The position numbers and the translations under genes were made by a program. From positions 47,290 to 111,289 of the IMG/VR virus record IMGVR_UViG_3300044656_000027: 64,000 nucleotides of DNA, one strand, 5' to 3'. This DNA is from a virus. Taxonomy: Duplodnaviria; Caudoviricetes. Numbering within the stretch: position 1 is the stretch's first letter; every line of letters starts with the position of its first letter. This document shows, piece after piece, positions 20,548 through 28,398 of the stretch. The notes beneath the pieces were generated by a model. That model saw only the letters and a program-made list of their open reading frames with translations. It was not told the DNA's origin and searched no databases.

Positions 20548-20787
20548 GACTTGGATAGCAGCCAGCAATGATACTGCCCCTTGTCTCATATCCTCTAGAT
20601 GCATAAGAGCCTGAGCCGGATCACTTCGGTTCAGGTTCTTTTGCGTTTCACGCATGTTCTGGCCAATGCCTGTGATCGTATTGTCAGCCCAACGAATGAC
20701 TTCTCCTGTGGTGATGTTGCGAAGTCTGCTGACCACCTTACGTCTGATCTTGTCTCTGGGATTCTCATCCCTCTTGAAAATACTCAT
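20518..20787 (-). CDS. Hypothetical protein
   Basis: ATGA-coupled to upstream ORF. Confidence 0.6.
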   Translation of the reverse strand: MSIFKRDENPRDKIRRKVVSRLRNITTGEVIRWADNTITGIGQNMRETQKNLNRSDPAQALMHLEDMRQGAVSLLAAIQVLEERVNQEA

Positions 20788-21170
20788 AGGTCCAATACCT
20801 CTATTAGTGTCTCTTGTTGATCTGCGGAAAATTGCTTCTTGATAAGGTTTCTGCGGATGTGCACTTTCTCTGCTTCTGTAAACTCTTCATCGGTCATCTG
20901 ACGGCCTTGCATGGCGTCGATGAGCATCTGTTCCTCTGTGCGGTCAGTCGTGTGCCAGCGCCCCACTACAAGCCCGTATGGGGTCAGTGGGAGGTGGAGG
21001 ATCAGTGAGTTGGACCAGCGGAACGGTTCCTCTGTCTCGTGAGAAGGAAAACGATGAGCAACAGAGGATAGAGGCTTCAATCGGATACTGTGCCAGAAGT
21101 AATCCTTGAGTCGGGGTAGTAGCTTGACTATGCGCGGATAGTCTGTCATTTCGTGAGTCGTATAGTGCAT
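20784..21170 (-). CDS. Hypothetical protein
   Basis: Compact operon ORF. Confidence 0.55.
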   Translation of the reverse strand: MHYTTHEMTDYPRIVKLLPRLKDYFWHSIRLKPLSSVAHRFPSHETEEPFRWSNSLILHLPLTPYGLVVGRWHTTDRTEEQMLIDAMQGRQMTDEEFTEAEKVHIRRNLIKKQFSADQQETLIEVLDL

Positions 21171-21171
21171 T

Positions 21172-21675
21172 CTAGTAAATACCTCTTGAGTACGGATAAT
21201 TGTTCAATGTGCTGTTGATGTATCGGCCGGGTGACTGAGCACGCTGAAACTTCCACCATACTGACGGAGGTACCTGGTAATAGGTGTAGATTTCTCCTTC
21301 ACGGAATTGAATACGTAAAGTCATGGACTTCTCGTCATATCCGGCTCGTAGAGTTCTAGGTCTACCAGGATTGATGGTCGGGGTTGGATCGTATGGCAGA
21401 AGTTCATCGAGATCCCCATTAATAGCCATAGCAATGGCATTCTGCATATAGTCATCAGTTAAGTCCTCTGCGCGTTGGCGAATCTGAGGAAGTTCAAACA
21501 TTGACTGCTGACTACGTAAAGGGACTCGACCGATACTGTCTCGCGTATTATATCGGTTATCCCCAGTGTATTGCTTATCCTGATCTGCACGATTTAGAAA
21601 TACGTCATCCCAAGCACCCGCACGACGTGTTGTACGTTGCGGTGTAATTCTTGATGATGCCTTACGTCTCGCCAT
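21172..21675 (-). CDS. KTSC-domain protein
   Basis: GYDEKSMTLRIQFREGEIYTYYQVPPSVW..F..AQSPGRYINS. Confidence 0.85.
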   Translation of the reverse strand: MARRKASSRITPQRTTRRAGAWDDVFLNRADQDKQYTGDNRYNTRDSIGRVPLRSQQSMFELPQIRQRAEDLTDDYMQNAIAMAINGDLDELLPYDPTPTINPGRPRTLRAGYDEKSMTLRIQFREGEIYTYYQVPPSVWWKFQRAQSPGRYINSTLNNYPYSRGIY

Positions 21676-21694
21676 AATTTGCTCCTAAATACAG

Positions 21695-21732
21695 AAAAGC
21701 CCCTACCAGTATATAGGCAGGGGCTTTCTTTT
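21695..21732 (-). terminator. Intrinsic terminator
   Basis: aaagcccct...aggggcttt hairpin with T tracts. Confidence 0.65.
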
Positions 21733-21922
21733 ACTCGTCTACTGGCTCATCCTCTTCAATCCAGAGACCATAGCCTGCACGGTAAAGGTCTGGATCAACC
21801 CCACCCTTTCGCTGCTGCTCTGGATCAGGAAGCTGATCCTTTGTGAATGTCTGTCCTACTGCGCCAGGATCTTCAATCCAAGCGCTCTGAGACTGTGCTG
21901 TCCAGCCATGATTAGTATCCAT
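21731..21922 (-). CDS. Hypothetical protein
   Basis: Coupled small ORF. Confidence 0.5.
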   Translation of the reverse strand: MDTNHGWTAQSQSAWIEDPGAVGQTFTKDQLPDPEQQRKGGVDPDLYRAGYGLWIEEDEPVDE

Positions 21923-22145
21923 CTACTGTCCTTTGCTGTTGTACTGTCCAGCCAGGAGTGATGTCTTCCGGCTGATTGTGAGGACAAGCATAACCCTCAT
22001 AAATATGCACTCCATCATGGAAGACACATACGTCTACGTCCATAGGGAGATACTGTCCTGCATGAGAGCCAGTGTGGAAGGTCCAGCTTTCTTCCTCCCA
22101 CACTTCGCCTTCGTCCCAAACTGGATGATTAAACTGTACGCTCAT
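21912..22145 (-). CDS. Hypothetical acidic protein
   Basis: Coupled small ORF. Confidence 0.5.
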   Translation of the reverse strand: MSVQFNHPVWDEGEVWEEESWTFHTGSHAGQYLPMDVDVCVFHDGVHIYEGYACPHNQPEDITPGWTVQQQRTVDGY

Positions 22146-22551
22146 GGATAAAACTCAAATCTGGTGGGGAATAGGTGGGAGGCTTTAGAACCTTCCCAAG
22201 CTCATTTCTATGAACCTCTCCATCATCCCATACCTTTGACATATTTGAGTTATGTACTGCTTCAAATACCTTATCCAAGGGGATCTGAAACTCATCAGCA
22301 GTTCCATACACTACGTATAGTAGGTCAGCAAGCTCCTTAGCCAGATGCTCCTTGGACTTCTTGTAGTTGTCCCATTCATCTAACGTATGCCAATTACTAT
22401 CAACAGTCTTAAGAGCCTCTATCGTCTCCTCAAATTCCTCAGTAATAAGAGCAATTCGACGCTTGGTTCTATCCGCATGTATATCCTGATATTGCTCAGG
22501 AGAGAAAGTCACATGGAATATACGGACATCATTTTGTGGAGTATATGTCAT
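22129..22551 (-). CDS. MazG-like (PRA-PH type) NTP pyrophosphohydrolase
   Basis: LITEEFEE...KELADLLYVVYG...VHNSNMSK...GKVLKP. Confidence 0.88.
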   Translation of the reverse strand: MTYTPQNDVRIFHVTFSPEQYQDIHADRTKRRIALITEEFEETIEALKTVDSNWHTLDEWDNYKKSKEHLAKELADLLYVVYGTADEFQIPLDKVFEAVHNSNMSKVWDDGEVHRNELGKVLKPPTYSPPDLSFIHERTV

Positions 22552-23687
22552 CAGTATTCCACACCATCCACAGAGAATCGGCCATCCTGAACAGTAATGA
22601 GACGCGGGTAAACACGGTCACCATGAACCTCAAGAATTCCGAATGCCTGCTGCCAGTTAGCCGCAACACCCTTCTTCTTCAGATAGTCAGCCTTGGTAAG
22701 ATCCATGAAGTGTCCAACCTCAAGACCATAACGGGTGTCACGGATCTTGCCGTTGTAACCAGTGGACTCAGAAGTGACTCCAGCACGGTGGGTGTGACCA
22801 CAAACAACGTTGGCACCGAACTTGTTCTTAGCCAGGTTGAATGCGGTACGTCCAGCGATACTGTTCAAAGATCCCTCATCACCATGCGCCATAAGCCAGG
22901 GCTTATCAATTCCAGGTGTAAGTTCAACGACCTCATCACGGATGAACTCCACATCGTACTCATCGAATCCAGCGAGATATTCGATGTTAAGTTCGTCGTC
23001 CATGAGGGATGCAAGTCCAGCGGCACAACCTTCGATGTAAAGTTCCAGCCTGTCATCGTGGTTGGAGCGGACGATTCGGAATCGTCCATCGAAGACGTTT
23101 CGAATGTCTCGAAGAATTGACTTAGCAGTGCGGAAGCCTCCTGCAAGGTCTCCTGCGTACTCAGTCTTCTTTCCGCGTACCCATCGAGAAATCTCTGTGG
23201 AATCCGTAAAGTCACCAACCTGTCCCAACTCTGTAGGCTCGAAGTCCCCAAGGAACTTGACGAACTTGTCAACCAACTCCTGATCGTGCAGTGGAGCCTG
23301 AACGTCTGGCATGATGACAATCGTGTTCGCCTTACGCGTAGAAAGCAGGATCGGAGATACTGCCTTCTCTGGAGCAGGGTTAGTGGTATTCACCGTAATT
23401 GTCTTGCTGGTGTTTCCCAGTAGCCCATAAGGATCAGTTATCGGGAATGGCTCAAACGGATTATACTTCTTCAGTTCATTCAGACGACGCAGCGTCTCTG
23501 CATGCGCAGGCTCTACCGTCTTCTTGCGCCACGTACGAATCAGCTTCTCACTGACCTTGTAGCCCCACTCCGCAAGCATCATGGATGCTCGTGCTCGGCT
23601 GACATCCTCATCGTCCAGAAGAGTCCAGATGTCATCGTGAATGTTCGCCAGAGCGTCAAGCTCCTTGAAACTTGTGATGTGCTTCAA
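22551..23687 (-). CDS. Calcineurin-like metallophosphoesterase
   Basis: PDVQAP, GDFTD, SNHD, HGD, GHTHR motifs. Confidence 0.88.
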   Translation of the reverse strand: MKHITSFKELDALANIHDDIWTLLDDEDVSRARASMMLAEWGYKVSEKLIRTWRKKTVEPAHAETLRRLNELKKYNPFEPFPITDPYGLLGNTSKTITVNTTNPAPEKAVSPILLSTRKANTIVIMPDVQAPLHDQELVDKFVKFLGDFEPTELGQVGDFTDSTEISRWVRGKKTEYAGDLAGGFRTAKSILRDIRNVFDGRFRIVRSNHDDRLELYIEGCAAGLASLMDDELNIEYLAGFDEYDVEFIRDEVVELTPGIDKPWLMAHGDEGSLNSIAGRTAFNLAKNKFGANVVCGHTHRAGVTSESTGYNGKIRDTRYGLEVGHFMDLTKADYLKKKGVAANWQQAFGILEVHGDRVYPRLITVQDGRFSVDGVEY

Positions 23688-23752
23688 CTTGCCTCCTTAA
23701 AAAGAAACTGCATAGTGTAGTACATCCTACACTATGCATCTTCTGTTGTCTA

Positions 23753-24169
23753 CTACTTGTGCTTCATTACAAGATCCACAATGGCAATACCAAGGGGAAT
23801 CATGACCATGGACACCAGCCAGCGGAACTGTGCTTTCTTTGCATCCAAGAATTCCTTAAAAGTCTTCTTACGATCGTCCGTTTCACTCGCTAACGCTGCT
23901 GTTAATTCGTGTCTTAATGCTGTAAGCGCTTCTCTTAGTTCATTGTGCACTCGCGCAATATCAGTCTCGTTGTCGTCAATCTTCTCGTTGATGCCTTGCA
24001 TTTGAATTTCTGTAACGCGCTTATCTGCACGATATTCAGTTAGAGTCAAGAGCTTGTCCAGACGAGTGTAAATGTCCGCAAATCTTGCATCGACGCTTCT
24101 TTGCAAACCGTCCAACTCCCTCTGAACTGCCCCTGACCAGTTGTTCTCTGGCTGTGTAGTCATGGTCAA
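23753..24169 (-). CDS. Coiled-coil protein with C-terminal membrane anchor
   Basis: Heptads followed by WLVSMVMIPLGIAIV. Confidence 0.55.
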   Translation of the reverse strand: MTMTTQPENNWSGAVQRELDGLQRSVDARFADIYTRLDKLLTLTEYRADKRVTEIQMQGINEKIDDNETDIARVHNELREALTALRHELTAALASETDDRKKTFKEFLDAKKAQFRWLVSMVMIPLGIAIVDLVMKHK

Positions 24170-24313
24170 CTCGCTTGGGGCTCGATATTTACGGGGGAAA
24201 TGTAGCTCAGCCTCCCGTATTAGTTCTGCAAGTGAGTGTCCCTTTTATGAGTGGTGGCCTAGCTATCGTCTTTTAAGGATAGCATAGACCACCACTTGAT
24301 TGACCACGCTCAG

Positions 24314-25450
24314 TTACTCTGCGGTAGGCTTGATGATATCCCAAATTGTACTTGAAATATCCTTACCATCTAGCAAAAGAAACATAATTCCAGGGTGCGT
24401 AAGGTTTGCGTCCTTGACTGCAAGAGCAAAATCCTTACGAGTAAAATCTCTAGGAAGAGAGCTTACGATGCCGTCATAAAACAAAGTCTTCAAGATGAAG
24501 ACCTTACGGTCATAGTGATCCTGCAATTCCTTGTAAGTCTCCTGCAACCACGCGTGCCACTCATCCGGAACGATCTCAAGCAAGTCCGCAAGAGTCTTAC
24601 CATCCTTCATGTTCTCCCAGACGCGCCGCTTGGTCAAACCTGTGACAACACGGTGCAGAGCAACGTAATCATCCTGCTTCACCTTGATACGGTAGTCAAG
24701 GTTCGGAAAGTAGACCACGTAACCCTCTGCATTAGCCCGTGGAGGGCACTCCAGCGCCTCTCTAAGCGTCTTGTAGGGAAAGACCTTGGTCTGCTCCCCA
24801 TACCACTCGTATTGGCTCGGAGAGAGCCGTACAAGCCCTGTGGAAAGGTTACGCGCACCTAGCCACGTAAGTCCCTTACGGTCACCGTAGTTGACGACGA
24901 TTCGGTTCTCAGGGTAGATGATCTCTACCATGTATGTCCAGTTAGGATCAAGCAGACCTGTGTGCTGCTCCGCAAGCTTGCGCCCCATTACAGCCTGATC
25001 CGAATCGTAGGAACCCCGAGTGATAAGGGTCCACTTAGGCTCCCAAGGAGCGTAGTAAACAGCCGGAACAGAACGAACTGGGGTAGGGTCATGCCATCGG
25101 TCCTCAGGGAACTGCTGGTTGTAACAGAAGAGGATACCAAGAGACCCGTCCATCTTGTCAGAGACGTGGACTGGCTCATCCATAAGCTGCTTGTCATCCT
25201 CAGACAGGTTCATGAACTTGTCGAAAGGACGAGCCAGGACATTCCAGTTCTCATCAATTACAAGACCACGGCACTGCTTAGTTACCTCGTTCCACAGGTT
25301 ATCGAACTGCGCCTTCTCGGTATACCCCAAAATTCTAAAAGTCTTCTTGTGCAAGTAGCTTACTTCAAGAGTAAACTCATTAACCCGAATATACTTCTCT
25401 CGAACCATTTGACGGTAAAGATCCATATCCATCAAGTCCCAGAGCTTCAC
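24314..25450 (-). CDS. RNA ligase, T4 Rnl1 family
   Basis: CRGL, RPFDKF, KMDGSLG, EIIYPENRIVV, EGYVV, KVK; GTG start after GGAGGAGG. Confidence 0.92.
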   Translation of the reverse strand: MKLWDLMDMDLYRQMVREKYIRVNEFTLEVSYLHKKTFRILGYTEKAQFDNLWNEVTKQCRGLVIDENWNVLARPFDKFMNLSEDDKQLMDEPVHVSDKMDGSLGILFCYNQQFPEDRWHDPTPVRSVPAVYYAPWEPKWTLITRGSYDSDQAVMGRKLAEQHTGLLDPNWTYMVEIIYPENRIVVNYGDRKGLTWLGARNLSTGLVRLSPSQYEWYGEQTKVFPYKTLREALECPPRANAEGYVVYFPNLDYRIKVKQDDYVALHRVVTGLTKRRVWENMKDGKTLADLLEIVPDEWHAWLQETYKELQDHYDRKVFILKTLFYDGIVSSLPRDFTRKDFALAVKDANLTHPGIMFLLLDGKDISSTIWDIIKPTAE

Positions 25451-25862
25451 GATTTGCCTCCTCCTCATAGGTTTCTAGAATCTCACGCGCCCAAGCTACC
25501 AGGTCTTCAACCCTTTGTCCAAGAGGTTGCTTAGTTACCCAAAGTTCTAGATTTTCAAGACGATTGTCGTCTCGTACGCCATTCTTATGGTGCACATTCT
25601 CCCCTTTTCGAAGGGGTCTGTCAAGGTGTCTAGACATCACTAGCACATGCTCTAAAATAGTTCCATTTGCTTGTGCATTTGGATGTTCAGGAGCGTATAC
25701 ACGTCTATAACCTTGCTCAGTAGTTGTGCCAGCTCCGTTAGCCGCACGTCGTCTCACGGGGCGTAGTTCTTGACCTTTAGACTGTTGCCAATAGTGTGCC
25801 CCACACAGTCCGCGTCCTGTCACTTTGCCTCCACAATCAGGGAAGCTGCATGTCTTCTTCAT
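25380..25862 (-). CDS. HNH homing endonuclease
   Basis: EHVLVM...VHHKNGVRDDNRLENLELW; N-terminal CSFPDC...LCGAHY Zn finger. Confidence 0.9.
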   Translation of the reverse strand: MKKTCSFPDCGGKVTGRGLCGAHYWQQSKGQELRPVRRRAANGAGTTTEQGYRRVYAPEHPNAQANGTILEHVLVMSRHLDRPLRKGENVHHKNGVRDDNRLENLELWVTKQPLGQRVEDLVAWAREILETYEEEANREALGLDGYGSLPSNGSREVYSG

Positions 25863-25880
25863 AAACTTAATTGTAGCATA
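25863..25880 (-). promoter_or_regulatory. Extended -10 promoter, probably giving leaderless HNH mRNA
   Basis: TATGC-TACAAT then 7 nt to ATG; no SD. Confidence 0.55.
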
Positions 25881-25937
25881 GTTTAGATTCTAGTGTAAAA
25901 GAAAACCCCTGTCAAGAGACAGAGGCTTTCAGTGGAG

Positions 25938-26019
25938 TGGGTAGAGAGGGACTTGAACCCCCAGATCCGAAGAACGGGTTTTACAGACCCGCGCGCTACC
26001 AATTACGCTTTACCTACCC
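25938..26019 (-). tRNA. tRNA-Tyr(GTA)
   Basis: Cloverleaf by eye; cgggt-CTGTAAA-acccg; variable arm. Confidence 0.9.
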
Positions 26020-26020
26020 A

Positions 26021-26095
26021 TGGGGTGACCAACGGGGATCGAACCCGCGATACTTGAGTCACAGTCAAGCGTGTTACCGCTACACCATGGCCACC
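26021..26095 (-). tRNA. tRNA-His(GTG) with encoded G-1 and CCA
   Basis: cttga-CTGTGAC-tcaag. Confidence 0.92.
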
Positions 26096-26104
26096 ATGTG
26101 AAAG

Positions 26105-26175
26105 AGGGAAGCTAGGGACTCGAACCCTAAATGGCGGGGACACAATCCGCTATGTTACCGTTACATTAGCGACCC
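26105..26175 (-). tRNA. Atypical tRNA-like gene, GTG anticodon
   Basis: Good T and D arms; two acceptor-stem mismatches; loop TTGTGTC. Confidence 0.55.
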
Positions 26176-26181
26176 ATAGAC

Positions 26182-26211
26182 ACTATATCGGATTGGAACA
26201 GTAAGTGTCAA
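26182..26211 (-). promoter_or_regulatory. Internal tRNA-array promoter
   Basis: TTGACA-N18-TATAGT. Confidence 0.6.
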
Positions 26212-26212
26212 G

Positions 26213-26284
26213 TACGAACACCAAGAATTGAACTTGAAATTAGACTTTATCAGAGTCTCGTGATAACCGTTTCACCATGCTCGC
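26213..26284 (-). tRNA. tRNA-Ile(GAT)
   Basis: agact-CTGATAA-agtct. Confidence 0.88.
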
Positions 26285-26289
26285 ATTAT

Positions 26290-26598
26290 TTAAATATCCT
26301 CTAGCATGCGCTTAATGAAGCTCTTTGGCTTAGCTCCAACTGCATACTTAATGATACTGCCTTCGCGGAACAAAAGCAAGGTTGGTATAGATGAGATGTC
26401 GTACTTCTTAGTGAGGTTAGGATTCTCATCTGCGTTTACCTTGATGACCTTGAGCCAGTCGTTCTCTTCTGAGATAGACTCTAGCACAGGTGCCATCATC
26501 TTGCAAGGACCACACCACTCAGCCCAGAAGTCAACTAATACGTACTTGTTATCAGCAATTACTGAATCGAATGTTATTTCTGATACTGCCTGCATCAT
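26290..26598 (-). CDS. trxA: Thioredoxin
   Basis: LVDFWAEWCGPCK...SSIPTL. Confidence 0.95.
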   Translation of the reverse strand: MMQAVSEITFDSVIADNKYVLVDFWAEWCGPCKMMAPVLESISEENDWLKVIKVNADENPNLTKKYDISSIPTLLLFREGSIIKYAVGAKPKSFIKRMLEDI

Positions 26599-26610
26599 CT
26601 CTCCTTTACG

Positions 26611-26683
26611 TAGGGCATAGAGGAATTGAACCTCTTATCGTTGGGATATAAGCCCACTGCATCGACCGTTATGCTAATGCCCC
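26611..26683 (-). tRNA. tRNA-Ile(TAT)
   Basis: tggg-CTTATAT-ccca; canonical D and T arms. Confidence 0.8.
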
Positions 26684-26795
26684 AAAGCCCTGTCGCACAT
26701 TCTCCGACTCTCTATGTAACCTCATTCGGACTACTGTGAGACTTCTCTACTAACCCTCGTTACACAGGGTGTTTGATGGCTCGGACTAGCCAAAG

Positions 26796-26879
26796 CGGAG
26801 GATGAGGGATTCGAACCCCCACGGCTTTTACACCGTATTGTTTTCAAGACAACTCCACGCCACCGATGTTAGATCCTCC
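26796..26879 (-). tRNA. tRNA-Ser(TGA)
   Basis: ttgt-CTTGAAA-acaa; long variable arm; G discriminator. Confidence 0.85.
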
Positions 26880-26925
26880 ATGTGATAAGCCTTTTGGTTA
26901 GTAGGGCGCTTATCTAATCCCTAAG

Positions 26926-27013
26926 CGGAGATAGAGGGATTCGAACCCTCGGGGCGATTTGAATACCCGCTGCCTTTCCAAGACAGTGCACTAGACCTCT
27001 ATGCGATATCTCC
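26926..27013 (-). tRNA. tRNA-Ser(GGA)
   Basis: ctgtc-TTGGAAA-ggcag; long variable arm. Confidence 0.9.
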
Positions 27014-27022
27014 ATTATTTAA

Positions 27023-27127
27023 TTAGCGTGGATCAGGATTCTTTGTTCCACACTTTGGGCAATACAGATTTCTCTTATCAGAAGGCATATAGCACTTTGG
27101 ACAATAGAAGATACTTCCACCAGACAT
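27023..27127 (-). CDS. 34-aa Zn-ribbon microprotein
   Basis: MSGGSIFYCPKCYMPSDKRNLYCPKCGTKNPDPR; TAATG-coupled; absent from ORF track. Confidence 0.75.
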   Translation of the reverse strand: MSGGSIFYCPKCYMPSDKRNLYCPKCGTKNPDPR

Positions 27128-27210
27128 TATCGTGCCACCTTGCAGTTATAGCAGTGACCGTACTTGTCCATGTTGATGTGACCACAATACTTACACTTCC
27201 AAAAGCTCAC
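27127..27210 (-). CDS. 27-aa RanBP2-type Zn-finger microprotein
   Basis: MSFWKCKYCGHINMDKYGHCYNCKVAR; GTGA-coupled. Confidence 0.75.
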   Translation of the reverse strand: MSFWKCKYCGHINMDKYGHCYNCKVAR

Positions 27211-27299
27211 TTTGGCTTACCCTTCATCCATCGACAGTGCCAGCACTTTGCTTTTGCTTCATTGTTGTACGAGCCGCAGTTATTGCATTTCCAACCCAT
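27207..27299 (-). CDS. 30-aa RanBP2-type Zn-finger microprotein
   Basis: GGAGG RBS; MGWKCNNCGSYNNEAKAKCWHCRWMKGKPK. Confidence 0.8.
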   Translation of the reverse strand: MGWKCNNCGSYNNEAKAKCWHCRWMKGKPK

Positions 27300-27312
27300 A
27301 ATATCCTCCAAG

Positions 27313-27392
27313 CGGAAGGAGGAGGATTCGAACCCCCAGCTATTCACTGAACGGTTTAGCAAACCGTCTGCCAGACCCCTGACTCACCTTCC
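27313..27392 (-). tRNA. tRNA-Ser(GCT)
   Basis: acggt-TTGCTAA-accgt; variable arm. Confidence 0.85.
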
Positions 27393-27396
27393 AAAG

Positions 27397-27473
27397 AGCG
27401 CAGCAGGAGAATCGAACTCCAAACCAATCGCTTTGCAGGCGATCCCCAGACCATCCGAGTTAGGACACTGCGC
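27397..27473 (-). tRNA. tRNA-Cys(GCA), enlarged D region
   Basis: atcgc-CTGCAAA-gcgat; U discriminator. Confidence 0.8.
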
Positions 27474-27478
27474 ATAAG

Positions 27479-27558
27479 TGGAGCTGCGGGGATTCGAACC
27501 CCGGTGCTGATAACTTCCGACATGCGGTTTTAATCACCAGACGAAACCAACCAGCCCC
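27479..27558 (-). ncRNA. Minimal tmRNA-like RNA (tRNA-like domain only)
   Basis: GGGGCTG/CAGCTCC-A acceptor with G3.U70; GGTTTCG loop without D stem; P2-like helix; T arm; no tag ORF. Confidence 0.75.
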
Positions 27559-27655
27559 ATTGTGTCTGGCCTCATACGGGCTATTACCAGACTTGAAGTG
27601 CCCAGAGCCCGCACTTAGGGCTACTGTCCCGTAAAGGAATCTCGTCAGATTCCAG

Positions 27656-27726
27656 TACCCAGTGAGGGAATCGAACCCCCGCATGTGGTGTGTAAAACCA
27701 CTGGTCTCCCATTAACCTAACCGGGC
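27656..27726 (-). tRNA. tRNA-Val(TAC)
   Basis: gtggt-TTTACAC-accac. Confidence 0.88.
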
Positions 27727-27758
27727 AGGTAGAAGAACCGAAGTTCTTCTAGTATAGC

Positions 27759-27965
27759 TTAACTGCGATAGGCGATAAAGTCAACCGGCACGCTTTCCTC
27801 AACTCCATCGTGCCATCTGACATCTACGCAAGTGGTTCCCATCCAGTCGTACTCAGGGCAAAGAGTAACGCCTGAGTGATTACGACGAGAACCATTCCTA
27901 CCAACAACATTGATCCCTCGGAAGTTGGAAGGTGCTTCCTTCTTCTTACGACCAAACAGACCCAC
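27759..27965 (-). CDS. Hypothetical protein
   Basis: AAGGGG RBS. Confidence 0.55.
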   Translation of the reverse strand: MGLFGRKKKEAPSNFRGINVVGRNGSRRNHSGVTLCPEYDWMGTTCVDVRWHDGVEESVPVDFIAYRS

Positions 27966-27997
27966 TGTGTTCCCCTTCGTTAGTTGGTGTGTCTATC

Positions 27998-28276
27998 TTA
28001 GACCAGGTAGGACCAAGTGTCAACACTACCGTCAGTGCGCTTGAGGCTAATGGATCGATTGACCTCACCCTCCTCAAACGTCCAAGCCATCAGACGCAGG
28101 TGGTACTCAGTGTCAAGGTGCTGGGGAAGACCCATCTCCTCAAGCTCACACAGAGCCTCCATCGTCTTAGCCACGTTGTAAGCGGCAACGGCAAAGCTCT
28201 CAACAGGAACCGTAGAGCTCTTCTTAAAGCCGTCCTTGGACTCGACATCAATAGTGAGTGTAGCCATTTTGTGCAT
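27998..28276 (-). CDS. Hypothetical protein
   Basis: ORF between tRNAs; phage-like codon use. Confidence 0.55.
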   Translation of the reverse strand: MHKMATLTIDVESKDGFKKSSTVPVESFAVAAYNVAKTMEALCELEEMGLPQHLDTEYHLRLMAWTFEEGEVNRSISLKRTDGSVDTWSYLV

Positions 28277-28298
28277 CCCTTCGATTGATACTATGACG

Positions 28299-28371
28299 TA
28301 CCCTAGACAGGATTCGAACCTGCATTGAACAGCTTAGAAGGCTGGTGAGTTATCCGTTACTCTACTAGGGC
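28299..28371 (-). tRNA. tRNA-Arg(TCT)
   Basis: cagc-CTTCTAA-gctg. Confidence 0.9.
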
Positions 28372-28398
28372 AAGAGGGACCGAAGTCCCGGATACTGC

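Noticed and set aside
16226-20816. 14-bp ATTAGTGTCTCTTG shared upstream of portal and of ORF 20518
   Set aside because: Only two copies, one in coding sequence; insufficient to call a late promoter.
27590-27625. AGCCCTAAG resembling the pistol ribozyme pseudoknot strand
   Set aside because: Order of pairing elements does not match the pistol topology.
27635-27653. CTGACGAG (minus) resembling a hammerhead core
   Set aside because: No GAAA after a stem II; the motif is buried in a simple hairpin.
27001-27684. ORF-track calls overlapping tRNAs (also 31315, 31734, 34207, 34543, 36746)
   Set aside because: They run through clear tRNA genes and are spurious.
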